A stretch of DNA of 64,000 nt, taken from positions 61,433-125,432 of the IMG/VR virus record IMGVR_UViG_3300036832_001166, one strand, 5' to 3'. Source of the stretch: a virus. Below are positions 26,872 through 37,686 of this stretch, piece after piece (the first letter of the stretch is position 1; each line of letters opens with the position of its first letter). The position numbers were made by a program, and so were the translations under genes. The notes beneath the pieces are model-generated. The model was not told the origin of the DNA, did no database searches, and worked only from the letters and a program-made list of their open reading frames with translations.

Positions 26872-27197
26872 CCGAGCCCGAGCCCCAGCCGCCTGCCGAG
26901 GAGAAGCAGGAGGACCCGTTCGAGGGTCTGCGCCGCGAGATTGCGGACTTCGGCGACTACGACGAGCGCGCGCTGGACGACTACCGCACGCTGTCCTACT
27001 ACTTCGCGCTGCGCAGGCAGGGCATGTCGCGCCCCGCCGCCAAGACGCAGACGTGCGCCACGTTCGGGCATGACGCGCCGCGCGGCAAGTGCGAGCGCTG
27101 CGGCATCGGCGTCGACCTCACCAGCGACGAAGGCGCCACCAAGCGCGAGCGCAAGCGGATCGCCGAGCGCGACGCGTGGCTCGCTGCCCGATGGTGA
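26868..27197 (+). CDS. Hypothetical Zn-finger protein
   Basis: GTGA coupling; CATFGH...CERCG. Confidence 0.6.
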   Translation: MTEPEPQPPAEEKQEDPFEGLRREIADFGDYDERALDDYRTLSYYFALRRQGMSRPAAKTQTCATFGHDAPRGKCERCGIGVDLTSDEGATKRERKRIAERDAWLAARW

Positions 27198-27252
27198 TGT
27201 ACAAGAACGGCACGGCGTGGCGCTTCGTCGTCTTCAGTGACGGCGCCTGGGC

Positions 27253-27864
27253 ATGGGTGAGGCAGTGGCGGGACGCCGGTACGATGGCGCCGTGGACGAG
27301 GACGGCGACCGCTCACTCGACGATCTGACCGAACGCCACCTGCGCAAGCGGGGCCGCGTCCCCGGGATGACCGAGATCGACCGCGAGGAGCGCAACGCAG
27401 AGATCGTCCGCGACCGGCTGCGCGGCCAGAGCTGGGCCTACCTCGCGGAGAAGTACAACCTCACCGTCCGCCAGGTCCGGGACATCTACCGGGCGTGGCG
27501 CGCCGACAACCAGCCGACTTACCAGGGCCGCGACCCGATCGAGATCGTCCACTCGATGCTCGACCGGCTCGATAGCTGGGTCGAGCAGCTCGCGGAGGTC
27601 GCCGACTCCGCGACCGTCGACGCGACGCGGATCGCCGCGATCAACGCGCAGCTCAACGCGCTGACGCGCACCGCCGAGCTGATGCAGGCCACCGGCATCC
27701 TCCCGCACGACCTCGGCACCCTGCGCCTGGAGCTGGACGTCCAGACGCTCGCGGTCAAGCTCGTCACCGTCCTGACCGAGCAGGGCGCCACGCCGGAGAT
27801 GAAACGCGCGATCCTGGACACGCTGAGAGCCGATGCGGTGCAGCAGCCCGCGCTGTCCGCTTGA
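27253..27864 (+). CDS. Terminase small subunit-like HTH protein (start uncertain)
   Basis: RNAEIVRDRLRGQSWAYLAEKYNLTVRQVRDIY HTH followed by helical oligomerisation-like region; upstream of terL. Confidence 0.6.
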   Translation: MGEAVAGRRYDGAVDEDGDRSLDDLTERHLRKRGRVPGMTEIDREERNAEIVRDRLRGQSWAYLAEKYNLTVRQVRDIYRAWRADNQPTYQGRDPIEIVHSMLDRLDSWVEQLAEVADSATVDATRIAAINAQLNALTRTAELMQATGILPHDLGTLRLELDVQTLAVKLVTVLTEQGATPEMKRAILDTLRADAVQQPALSA

Positions 27865-28087
27865 CCGCGTCGACGGCTCCCGCTTCTGCGCGAGTCACCA
27901 GGAGCTGTTCGCCTCCATCGCGACCGAGATCGACGATGGCCGAGACGCGCGCCGCCGCTCGCCCGATCGCCGCCGCCGCACGCTGTTCAAGGCCTGTGAC
28001 TGGGCGGGCTGCCCCGAGTGCGCCGCGCCGCGCGAGTCCTACTGCGAGTACCACGTCAGGGTGCTGAGCCATTCCCCTACGGCTTGA
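27833..28087 (+). CDS. Small protein with two C-x4-C-x9-C-x2-H Zn fingers
   Basis: CSSPRC...FCASH and CDWAGC...YCEYH. Confidence 0.5.
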   Translation: MRCSSPRCPLDRVDGSRFCASHQELFASIATEIDDGRDARRRSPDRRRRTLFKACDWAGCPECAAPRESYCEYHVRVLSHSPTA

Positions 28088-28106
28088 TCCGCGCGACCAC
28101 TTCGGG

Positions 28107-29834
28107 ATGACCGTCTCCGACGCGTTCCTGGACGCGCTGGAGTCAGACATCGCCGCGCACGAGCAGCGTCGCGCCAGCTTCCTGGAATGGGCGGTCAAGG
28201 TCCCCGAGACTCGCGGCCCGCTGAACTTCACCCGCTGGCCGTTCCAACGCGAGCTGTACGAACAGGGCTTCGACGACAAGGAGGTCGTCGTCATGAAGGC
28301 CACGCAGCTCGGGATCTCCGCGTGGCTCGTTCGCTGGGCGCTGTGCTGGGCCGACATGCACGCCGCCCGCGTCCTGTACATCTTCCCTCGCGAGCGGCAG
28401 CTCCTGGACTTCTCCGACGGCCGGATCAAGCCGCTTATCTTGGGTGAGTACCTGAGGACTCGCGTGCCGCCCGCGTCGGTGCAGAACAAGACCCTGAAGT
28501 CGGTCGGCCTGGGGATCATCTACTTCCGCGGCTCCGAGGCCGAGGCCGGACTGGAGTCCATCGACGCTGATGCGCTGTGCCTCGACGAGCACGACCTGCT
28601 GGTGCAGGCGCACATCCCGGTCGCTGAGCGCCGCGTCGGCGGCCAGGACTCGCTCGGCATGATCCGCCGGATCGGCTTCCCGACCATCAGCGACCACGGG
28701 ATCCACAAGGAGTACAAGAAGACCGACCAGCGCGAGTGGACGGTCCGCTGCGAGTTCTGCGGCGAGTGGCAGGCGCTGACGTGGGCGGAGAACGTCGACC
28801 TGGAGCGCGCGATCCGGGTCTGCCGCAAGTGCCGCAAGGGCCCGCTCGACGTCGCCACCGGCGAGTGGGTCGCGACGCACCCGAGCCGGACCCGGCGCGG
28901 CTACCACGTGACGAAGCTGCTGCTCCCCCGCCCCGAGATCGTCGGCTCGCTGATCGAGGCCAGCCACGAGCAGGTCGCCTACCAGCGCCAGATCTTCTTC
29001 AACCGCGATCTCGGCGAGCCGTGGGAGGCCGAGGGCGCCCGGCTAACCCCGGCGATGATCGCCGCGGCGCAGCGCGGCTACACGCAGCTCACCGCCTACA
29101 CCGGCACCAACCCGGTGGTCATGGGCGTCGACGTCGCGTCGGTCCGCGCGCTGAACGTGTGGATCACCGAGCAGCTCTCCGAGACGCAGGGCCGTGTGCT
29201 GTGTCTCGGCCTGGTCGACAGCTTCGATGAGCTGGCCAAGCTCATGGACCGCTACCGGGTGGTCATGGCCGGGATCGACCATCTGCCTGAGAACCGGCTG
29301 GCGCAGGCGTTCGCGAACCGGTTTGCCGGGCGGGTGTACATCATCAGCTACGGCACCGAGACGCAGCGTGACGTGCTCTCCGTCGACGATCAGCAGCGCC
29401 GCGCGTCAGTCCGGCGCACCGAGGCGATCGACGCTGCTCAGGAGCGCGTCCGCGCGCAGCACGAGTACCTGCCGCAGGATCTGCCGACGGCGTTCGTGGA
29501 GCAGATGTGCTCCAATGTCCGCTCGGTCGAGCGCGACGACGTCGGCCGGGTGCGGGTGCGCTATCGCGCCGACGGCCCGGACGACTGGATGCAGGCGCTT
29601 ACGTACGCCATCGTCGCGAACGAGTGCTGGTGGATCCGCCAGCAGGTCGACCACGAGGAGATCACCTCCATCGACGAGATGACCGAGCTGGGGTTCGAGC
29701 GTTCGACGCTGCGCGACCCGGAGTCGATGGAGTACAGCCCGGGGCGCTCCGACGGCGACTACCAGCTTCACGACGGGCACGTCAACGGCAGCACGAACGG
29801 GTACGACGACGAGTTCGACGCCTGGGGCGAATAG
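28107..29834 (+). CDS. terL: Terminase large subunit (lambda GpA-like)
   Basis: VVMKATQLGIS (Walker A variant), LCLDEHD (Walker B), CEFC...CRKC Zn motif, VVMGVDV and DDWMQA nuclease motifs. Confidence 0.9.
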   Translation: MTVSDAFLDALESDIAAHEQRRASFLEWAVKVPETRGPLNFTRWPFQRELYEQGFDDKEVVVMKATQLGISAWLVRWALCWADMHAARVLYIFPRERQLLDFSDGRIKPLILGEYLRTRVPPASVQNKTLKSVGLGIIYFRGSEAEAGLESIDADALCLDEHDLLVQAHIPVAERRVGGQDSLGMIRRIGFPTISDHGIHKEYKKTDQREWTVRCEFCGEWQALTWAENVDLERAIRVCRKCRKGPLDVATGEWVATHPSRTRRGYHVTKLLLPRPEIVGSLIEASHEQVAYQRQIFFNRDLGEPWEAEGARLTPAMIAAAQRGYTQLTAYTGTNPVVMGVDVASVRALNVWITEQLSETQGRVLCLGLVDSFDELAKLMDRYRVVMAGIDHLPENRLAQAFANRFAGRVYIISYGTETQRDVLSVDDQQRRASVRRTEAIDAAQERVRAQHEYLPQDLPTAFVEQMCSNVRSVERDDVGRVRVRYRADGPDDWMQALTYAIVANECWWIRQQVDHEEITSIDEMTELGFERSTLRDPESMEYSPGRSDGDYQLHDGHVNGSTNGYDDEFDAWGE

Positions 29835-29847
29835 GGTTGGCGCCATC

Positions 29848-30297
29848 GTGGACCGGCTCTGGGCAAAGATCGACAAGCGCGGGCCTGACGAGTGCTGGCC
29901 CTGGACGGCATACCGGCTCCCCAAGCCGTGGGACTACGGTCACATCATGGTGGCCGGGAGGCCACGACCAGCGCATAGGGTGGTCTATGAGCTGACGGTC
30001 GGGCCGATCCCCGAGGGTCTGTTCGTCCTGCATTCCTGCGACAACCCGCCCTGCTGCAACCCGGCACACCTGCGGGCTGGCACTCAGAAGGAGAACATCG
30101 AGGACGCTGTCGAGCGAGACCGGTTGGCGCGCGGTCGGGCGTTGCCGCAGGCGAAGCTCACAGAGGCCGCTGTACGCGAGATCCGGCGTCGGTCTGGTGA
30201 GGGCAGGTCGCAGCGCGCAGTGGCGGCCGAGTTCGGCGTGTCGCATGACACGGTAGGCAAGATTCTTCGCGGCAAGCGCTGGACTCACGTGACCTAG
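29848..30297 (+). CDS. HNH homing endonuclease with C-terminal HTH
   Basis: AHRVVYELTVGPIPEGLFVLHSCDNPPCCNPAHLRAGTQKEN; KLTEAAVREIR...VAAEFGVS. Confidence 0.9.
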   Translation: MDRLWAKIDKRGPDECWPWTAYRLPKPWDYGHIMVAGRPRPAHRVVYELTVGPIPEGLFVLHSCDNPPCCNPAHLRAGTQKENIEDAVERDRLARGRALPQAKLTEAAVREIRRRSGEGRSQRAVAAEFGVSHDTVGKILRGKRWTHVT

Positions 30298-30300
30298 ATT

Positions 30301-30319
30301 TAGCGCACGATGTGTGCTA
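30301..30319 (+). promoter_or_regulatory. Operator/extended -10 promoter
   Basis: TAGCGCAC-GAT-GTGTGCTA + TCCT. Confidence 0.8.
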
Positions 30320-31062
30320 TCCTCTAGGTGGGCCCAGAGAGGGCCCTCCCCCGACCGAGGAGGACGCGATGGAGTGGACCACGCTGTATCTGGCCAACGG
30401 TCAGGTCCGGACGGTGAAGGGCCGCGCCGAGGACATCGGCATCGCCCTGAAGCGCCGGACGATGAGCGAGGACGACCGGATCCGTCAGTTCACCACCATC
30501 GACGGCGACACGCTGACGATCAACGCGGACGCTGTCGCCATGACCGAGACCGCCGCTGTGCGGACCGACCGAGCGTTCGGCTTTAGCCGAGCCCTGGAGG
30601 CCTGATGAGCGACTGGACCACCAAGTACTACCCGGTCGGATCGCGCTACTGGGTCCTGCCCGGCACCGAGTACACCATCGACACGACCGGCTACAACGCT
30701 ACGAGCTGGAAGTCCGGCGCCGAGAAGGGCCGCCGCATCGGTGGCGGCTACACCCCGAGCCGAGGACGGCAGCGCCTGGGCAGCTACCCCACGCTGCAGC
30801 AGGCCAAGGACCGGGCCGCCCGCGACATCGCCAGCAAGGCGCAGGAGGAGGCAGCGTGAGATCTGCGAGCGAACGGTTCCCGATCGGGACGCGCATCGAG
30901 CACGCCACCGACGGCGAGACCGGCACGGTGATCGGCCACCCCTCCTTCGGCATTCGCGTCGCGGTAGACGTCAACCCCGACGAGTGGCGCGCGAGCATCA
31001 TTGGCCCGCCGTCGAACGTCACCGCGGTGTGGGAGTCCTGGACCTGCGCACGAACGTAGGTA

Positions 31063-31081
31063 GAGCACACGACGTGTGCTA
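31063..31081 (+). promoter_or_regulatory. Operator/extended -10 promoter
   Basis: GAGCACAC-GAC-GTGTGCTA + CAAT (TGC-TACAAT). Confidence 0.8.
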
Positions 31082-32476
31082 CAATGAAGTTGTGGTCAGA
31101 GAGGCCACACGATCCGACCGAGGAGCTGAGATGGCCAGACGACAGATCATGGACGGCACCGAGCAGGTCGCCGTCGAGGGCTACACCGGCCGCGTCAAGG
31201 TGATCGTCGAGGGCGACGACATCGTCGCCATCGCCTGCGCCTGGTTCGCGCGCTGCGAGAACGAGGCCACCACCACCCGGTCGCACCCGATCCTGGGTGA
31301 GGCCCCCATCTGCGGCCGCTGCGACGCGCGGGTCGAGGAGCTGTCGTGACCTACTCCGCCCGGGAGCTGCGCGTCGTGGACAACAACACGCGCGACTACG
31401 AGGGCGGCTACACCGTCGAGCGCGGCAACGTGATCGTTGCCGGGCCGTACGCCAGCAAGACCGACGCCAAGCAGGCCAAGGCCGATCTCGTTGCCGGACG
31501 CACCGTCCGAGCGGCGGGCTAACACCACCGACCGAGGAGACCACGTGACCACCACCACCGAGAAGATCCTGGACGCCGAGGCGGCCGACGCCGCCACGAT
31601 GAACTCCTGGAGCGACCGCAACCCGGCGACGATCGTCAAGCGAACCGCGAAGACGATCTGGGTCCAGGAGGACCGCGTCGCGAACCTGAGCAGCGAGGAG
31701 AGCCGCGAGAGCGGGCTCACCTTCGCCCGCGGGCACGGCGACGTCGTCATCTTCGTTCGCGACTACGACTCGCCGATCCGGAAGTACTCGCTGCGCAAGA
31801 ACGGGCGCTGGATTCAGCAGGGCGCCCCGGCCAACGCGCGGGGCGGCTCCCTGACCGTCGGGCGCCGCGACTACTACCGGGATCCCTCGTTCTGATGAAC
31901 CGCTACCAGACCGGCTACGGTGCCGGGAAGGTCCACCTTGGTGAGGCCGCCCGGCGCCATCGCTTCTACACGATCCTGTACTGCACAGGCCGCGCCGTGA
32001 GCGGCGCGTACACCACCGGCGCCGCCGTGGACTGCAAGGCGTGTCTCAAGCGCGCCAAGGCCAACGGCATCGACCCGACCGAGGAGACCTGATGACAAGC
32101 ACACGACCCCTGGGCAGCATCCAGCGCCACGTCCTGACGTCACTGGAGCGCGAACCGTGGCCCGGCGGCTGGATCTGGGAGAACGCTTCCACGACCGCCC
32201 GCGTTCTCGACTCGTTGGTCAAGCGCGGGCTCGCCTCGCACACGGACGGTGGCCCGTACCGTCGTGGCCGCTACCGCATCACCGAGGCGGGCAAGGAGGC
32301 GCTGACGGCGTGACCGAGCCGGTTCTCCGCCGTCGCTGCCGCATCTACGTCGATGGCGTCTACGTCGGCTGGGTGGTCAAGCGCGAGGGCCGGTTCCGCG
32401 CGTACGTCACGCACCCGCAGGGCGGCTTCATGAGCGTCGAGGGCAGCTCGCGCCGCGCCGCCGCACAGAACGCCTG

Positions 32477-32495
32477 GAGCGCACGATGTGTGCTA
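32477..32495 (+). promoter_or_regulatory. Operator/extended -10 promoter inside the 3' end of the preceding gene
   Basis: GAGCGCAC-GAT-GTGTGCTA + GACT. Confidence 0.75.
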
Positions 32496-33719
32496 GACTC
32501 ACTGTACAAGGAGCAATCGACCGAGGAGCCGAAATGAGCGTGAAGATCCGCGCCGTGTACCGCCTTGAGCCCGCCGGGCTCATAGACCGCACCGATGCGC
32601 GCGTGACGGCGTACGCCGGACGCGAGGTGCAGATGATCCAGCCGTGGGGCTGTCCCCGCAACGGGACGATGGGGATGGTGTACGTCCAGCTCGCCGAGGA
32701 GGGCGAGTTCATCGGGCTCGTCAGCAAGGCGTCGCTGGTCAAGACCGGCCGCACCGCACCGGTGCGCGACCTGGCCGCCGAGGCCCGCGACGCGCGCAGC
32801 CGCGCTCTGCTGGGGCGCTGACGTGAAAATCACCGACGAGCTGGTGCAGCAGGCGTGCCTCGCCTACGGCGGGGACGCCTTCCCCGGGCGCATGCGCCGC
32901 GCGCTGGAGGTGGCGCTCGCCGACGCGCAGCCCGGCCTGCGCGCACCGATGCTGGAGCTGGAGAAGCTCCAGAAGCTCGCGCGCGAGGCCGTTGAGATCT
33001 GGCAGGCCGGATCCGCCATGTACTCCGCCCACGAGTATGAGACCGCGATGGGCGACCTTGCCCGCGCGCTCCCGCCCAAGCCGCATGCACCGATCGAGAG
33101 CCAGCCAGGAGACCCATTCTGATGAGGCACGTCGCAGGTGACATCGTGTTCCAGGTGAGGGGAGTGAAGGTGCGCTACTCGCCGTCGCAGGGCACGTCGA
33201 CGCGCTACCGCACCTTCTGCCCGCACGAAGTCGGGGTCAACTCCCGCACGCGGGCAGACGCCGTTGACGCTGCCCGCCACGCGGGCGACTGGTGCGCCGA
33301 GTGCGCGGCCGAGGGCCAGCCCGGGTACGACGATGCCTGAGCTGGTGACCTGCACCGTCTGCGGCGACGAGGACACGCTCACGTTCTCGGGCGACATCGG
33401 CGCGCGGATGCGCGAGCGCCGCGAATGCTTCCGCTGCGCGTTCTGGCTGACGCTGGCTGAGCTGGACAAGGCGGCGCCCGAGAACGTCGCGATCATCGGC
33501 GGCTGCCACTACATCATCGCGCCGGACCGCACCACCGGTCCCCCCTCGCTGGCGGGCATGGGTGGCGCGCGGTGCGTCATCGCCTTCCACGACGGCCGCG
33601 AGCGGGTCACGCACAACCTGTGGCACCAGGGCACTATCCCTGACCGCTTCCGCGACCTGTTCCCGGACAACGCATCCTGGGGCGAGACGGGGCGACTCAC
33701 GACCCGCCAGAGAACACCG

Positions 33720-33738
33720 TAGCGCACGATGTGTGCTA
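33720..33738 (+). promoter_or_regulatory. Operator/extended -10 promoter
   Basis: TAGCGCAC-GAT-GTGTGCTA + CAAT. Confidence 0.8.
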
Positions 33739-34439
33739 CAATGAACTTGTGACCAGAGAAGAACAGACCGCCCGTTACACCGTCGTCGACCGGTACGCCA
33801 CCACGGCGTCCGCGCTGCGCCCCAAGTCGACCGCCATCAACCCTCGCTACTGGGTGTGGGACACGGTCGAGCACACGATCGTCGACGAGTTCACCACCAA
33901 GCGCCCGGCAACGATGGCCGCGCGCGACCTCAACAAGGAGGCACGCCAGTGACCGGCGCACCGACCTGGAGCCGCGGCCGCGACGACTATGGCCGCAGCG
34001 TCCACTACCTCACCAGCGGGATGACGTTCCGCACCCTCGGCGTCGTCGTCCGCCTCCCGAAGGCGGCGATCGAGACGCACGACGGGTGCAAGTACCTCGT
34101 CAACAACTGGAGCCTGGCGGACCGCGACGCCGCCGTGAGCTACGCGCGCACGCTGTCTGAGGCCAAGCGGCGCTTGATCGAGGCGACCCGATGATCGCGG
34201 CGATCCAAGGCAACTGGTGGCTGGACGAGGGGCGAGACTCCGGCGTCTGGCCGTGCGAGGTGCTCGACGTGAGCATCTTCGGCGTCCGCGTGCGGACCAC
34301 GCACGACGCCAGCCTGTACTACGGCGAGACGATCATCGTGGACCACAACCGCGTCTACGACAGCGGCTTCAACCGCGTCCGCGAGGCGCTGGTCCGTGCC
34401 GAAGACAGGCCGTCAGACCAGCCCGCGACAAGCTGGCTG

Positions 34440-34458
34440 TAGCGCACAACGTGCGCTA
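34440..34458 (+). promoter_or_regulatory. Operator/extended -10 promoter
   Basis: TAGCGCAC-AAC-GTGCGCTA (perfect arms) + GAAT. Confidence 0.8.
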
Positions 34459-35648
34459 GAATGAACAGGGCGGCATGAGCCGCCACCCGACCGAGGAGAC
34501 CCCATGAAACCGACACTGGCAGACGCAACCGCGCGCCTGTCCACCCTGGTGCGCGAGAGCCTGTCCGGCGCCGAGCTGATCGAGTTCAAGCCGCTGGACG
34601 AGACGGCCAACGAGAACCGCTACGTCGTGCGCTGGAAGCGAGCGACGCGCGCCTACGTTCAAGAGGGCACGCACGTCGCCTGCCTGCACATCGACGGCCG
34701 CTCGATGCTGGTCTGGGGCCACTACACCCAAGACGAGGCCGACGCCCGTCGCGACTACCAGGAGCGCGCATGAACACCATCGAGGCCATTATCGACCGCG
34801 CCAGTGACGGCGACGGCTACACCGTCCTGACGCGTGTCGACGGCAACAACCCCTGGGGTGTGGGCGTGAACTTCCCGACATGGGCGGGCGCGCGCACCGT
34901 GGCGGTGACCATCCTGAACGCCACCAACACGACACGTATCGCTGTCAGAACCAAGCTGACCGACCGGACAGCCCGACCGACCGAGGAGACCCCATGACCA
35001 CCACTATCGAGCCGCGCGTCACCTTCAACAAGGCCGCGCGCACGATCAAGGCCGACTACCTGATCGCCACCGACAACGAGGGCCTCGGCGGGCGCGAGCG
35101 CCGCGTCTACGCCAGCTTCCGCGTCGGCTACGACAAGGGAGGCATGAACTACTTCAGCGGCAACCAGACGCCGCGGAGCTACACCGCATCCATCAGCCGC
35201 GTGACCGAGGAGGAGATCTTCGACCGTGACGGCAACCGGATCGGCATGTCGCAGAGCTTCACCCTGTTCAAGGGGCTCGGCCTGGCTCGCTCCGAGCCGG
35301 TGGGGCGCTACTCGGAGAAGGGGCTGCGCGCCTACTACGACGAGATCCAGCCCCGCTTCGACGAGCTGCGGCTGGAGGACGACCGGATCAGCCGGTTCTT
35401 CGACCCGGACGCCGACGCATGACGAGCGAGTTCCCGATCAACCACGAGATGCCCAACGGCGCGTCCATTGCCGACTGGCTCGGCACGGCAGCATCCGCCG
35501 CCCGAGTGGCGGCGGATCACATCGAGGATGTTCGCGGCGGCGTATCGACCCGCATCTCGCGCGCGAAGCTTCGCAAGGCCGTCGAGCAGCTTCAGCAGGC
35601 GCTCAGCGAGATCCAGACCGTCACCCTGTACACCAGGGGGGAGGAGGA

Positions 35649-36203
35649 GTGAGCAAGGGCAACCCGCGCACCTGGGATCCGCTGGTCATCGGGCCAGCGT
35701 CCCGCGGGGACGGCCGCCCGAGCATGGCGCAGGCGTTCTACGAGAGCGGCGGCCGCAAGCACTTCTTCGTCTACCGCACGCCGATGCCCGCGACGAAGTG
35801 CCTCGGCTTCCGCAACCGTCTGTACAACGGGTTCGCGCTCGTGTTTGAGGACGGCTCGATGCACCTGAGCTTCAAGCGCAACGACCGCGCCGCTGTCCGT
35901 GACTGGCGCCACTTCCAGGCGATCAAGAACGAGGTGGCCGGGCCCGAGCGCGAGGCGATCGAGATCTTCCCGCCGGAGTCGATGCTGGTCGACGCCGCCA
36001 ACGAGTACCACCTCTTCGTGCTGCCGGAGAGCCAGATGAGCCCGCTCGGCTTCATCGAGCGAGCGGTGGCGGAGCAGGTGCAGGACAGCACCGTCCACCA
36101 TGACCACGCGCTGTACCGCCAGACCGGCCAGTCCGGCTACCGGCAGCGGCCCTGGGAGCCCGGCCTGCCGACCGGCCCGGCCACCGGCGACGTCGTCACC
36201 TAG
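35649..36203 (+). CDS. Conserved phage protein (DUF7694-like)
   Basis: HLSFKRNDRAAVRDWRHFQAIKNEVAGPEREAIEIFPPESMLVDAANEYHLFV, a motif I recognise from a widespread phage family. Confidence 0.6.
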   Translation: MSKGNPRTWDPLVIGPASRGDGRPSMAQAFYESGGRKHFFVYRTPMPATKCLGFRNRLYNGFALVFEDGSMHLSFKRNDRAAVRDWRHFQAIKNEVAGPEREAIEIFPPESMLVDAANEYHLFVLPESQMSPLGFIERAVAEQVQDSTVHHDHALYRQTGQSGYRQRPWEPGLPTGPATGDVVT

Positions 36204-36219
36204 CGCACGATATGTGCTA
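36201..36219 (+). promoter_or_regulatory. Operator/extended -10 promoter
   Basis: TAGCGCAC-GAT-ATGTGCTA + CACT. Confidence 0.8.
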
Positions 36220-36271
36220 CACTCTAGGTGCGGTCAGAAGAGCCGCGAATCCCCCCGACCGAGGAGACCAA

Positions 36272-36977
36272 GTGACCGAGACCGAGACCTTCCGTCCCTG
36301 CGATACGCAACAGACCGTGGAGCAGATCGGCCGCATGAACGTGTTCGCCATCAGCGGCGGCCGGATCATGCGGCGCGAGACCGGGATCACCCTCCCCGTC
36401 GGATCCGGCTACAGCGTGACCGTCGACCTGGACTGGAACGACACCTACGTCGTTCGCCGGGTCTTCAAGCGCGGCGCCAAGATCTGGATCAAGGGCGAGC
36501 AGCGCGACGTCTACTGCGACGAGGTGGGCGAGGTGGCCTACCGCGCGTCCTGCTTCCGCAACGGCGCATGGGGGGAGGCGGCGGCATGACGGACGAACGA
36601 GCAATCCTGCAGGCGCGTCTGCGCGCGCTGGCGACCCGTCTCAACTCCTACTACCCGCGCCCGGCGGGCTCGCCCATGCCGTTTGGCGAGGAGGCCGCAA
36701 GAGCGGAAGCGCGCGAGGTCGAAGCTCGCTTGCGCGAACTGAGGGAGGAGCGATGACCGTGACCCAGCCCGACATCGTGGCGGTGGAGATCGCCGCCCGC
36801 CGCGGGATCACCGTGGAGCAGGCCGAGGCCATCGTGGCAGCGGCCAGGCCGCTGTGGAACGCGTTGGAGCCGCTGGTAGACGCCTACGGCGGCGCGGAGT
36901 TCGACCGGATCTTTCCGGAGACCATCGACGCGATCCACAAGCTCGCCAACCCGCTGGCGTACGAGGAGACGACGTGA
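36272..36977 (+). other. Three small hypothetical genes (36272-36589, 36586-36756, 36753-36977)
   Basis: CCGACCGAGGAG at 36255-36266; ATGA coupling. Confidence 0.7.
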
Positions 36978-37576
36978 TCACCGTGACCGACACACCACGC
37001 ATCTGGATCGCCGATCTCGCCGCCTACAACAACGGCGTGCTGCACGGCCGGTGGGTTGATGCGACCGACGCCGACGAGCTGAACGAGGCCAAGGACGCGA
37101 TTATCGCCTCCAGCCCCATCGAGGGCGCGGAGGAGTGGGCCATCCACGACTACGACGGCTTCGGCGACTTGACCTACAAGCTCGGCGAGTACGCCAGCTT
37201 CGACACCGTCGCGAAGATCGGCGCGCTGATCGAGGAGTACGGCGACGAGTTCATCGCTTGGGTCGACGCCGTCGAGCCCGACCTGGAGGACATCGACGAG
37301 CGCAGCTTCCAGGAGGCCCGCCGCGGCGCCTGGGACAGCGAGGCCGACTGGGCCCGCGACCGCGTCGAGAGCCTCGGCTACGAGGGTGTCCAGCCCGGCG
37401 AGTACGTCCCGAAGGAGCGCGGTGGCTGGAGCAGCAGCGAGGGCGCGATCGACGTCATCGACCTGCTGCTGAACCACCTCGATCTGGACATGGTCGCGCG
37501 TGACTGCAGCGCCAACGGCGAGGTGGACTTCGCGACCGTCAACGGACAGCTTTACGCGTTTGATCCGAACGCGTGA
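36974..37576 (+). CDS. ardA: ArdA antirestriction protein (acidic DNA mimic)
   Basis: RIWIADLAAYNNGVLHGRWVD...EEWAIHDYDGF...LGEY..F; very Asp/Glu-rich. Confidence 0.9.
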   Translation: MITVTDTPRIWIADLAAYNNGVLHGRWVDATDADELNEAKDAIIASSPIEGAEEWAIHDYDGFGDLTYKLGEYASFDTVAKIGALIEEYGDEFIAWVDAVEPDLEDIDERSFQEARRGAWDSEADWARDRVESLGYEGVQPGEYVPKERGGWSSSEGAIDVIDLLLNHLDLDMVARDCSANGEVDFATVNGQLYAFDPNA

Positions 37577-37596
37577 CCAACTGCGGATGGGGGCAC

Positions 37597-37668
37597 CGGG
37601 TGAGCGGGGCGGCTCACCCGGACGCAGACCAAGCGGGAGGGCCGCGCATCCCCGTGCGCGGCCCTCAC
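37597..37668 (+). terminator. Twin hairpins after ardA
   Basis: CCGGGTGAGC...GCTCACCCGG and GAGGGCCGCGCA...TGCGCGGGCCCTC inverted repeats. Confidence 0.45.
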
Positions 37669-37686
37669 CTCACCCAACCAGGAGAC

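Larger units (their letters stand above)
30369..36203 (+). other. Run of about 22 small, translationally coupled hypothetical genes (30369-30605, 30605-30859, 30856-31059, 31131-31349, 31346-31522, 31545-31895, 31895-32092, 32092-32313, 32310-32537, 32534-32821, 32823-33122, 33122-33340, 33333-33722, ~33749-33952, 33949-34194, 34191-34442, 34504-34773, 34770-34997, 34994-35422, 35419-35652, 35649-36203)
   Basis: ATGA/GTGA/TGATG overlaps, GAGGAG or CCGACCGAGGAG ribosome sites, consistent codon usage; functions not recognised. Confidence 0.75.
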
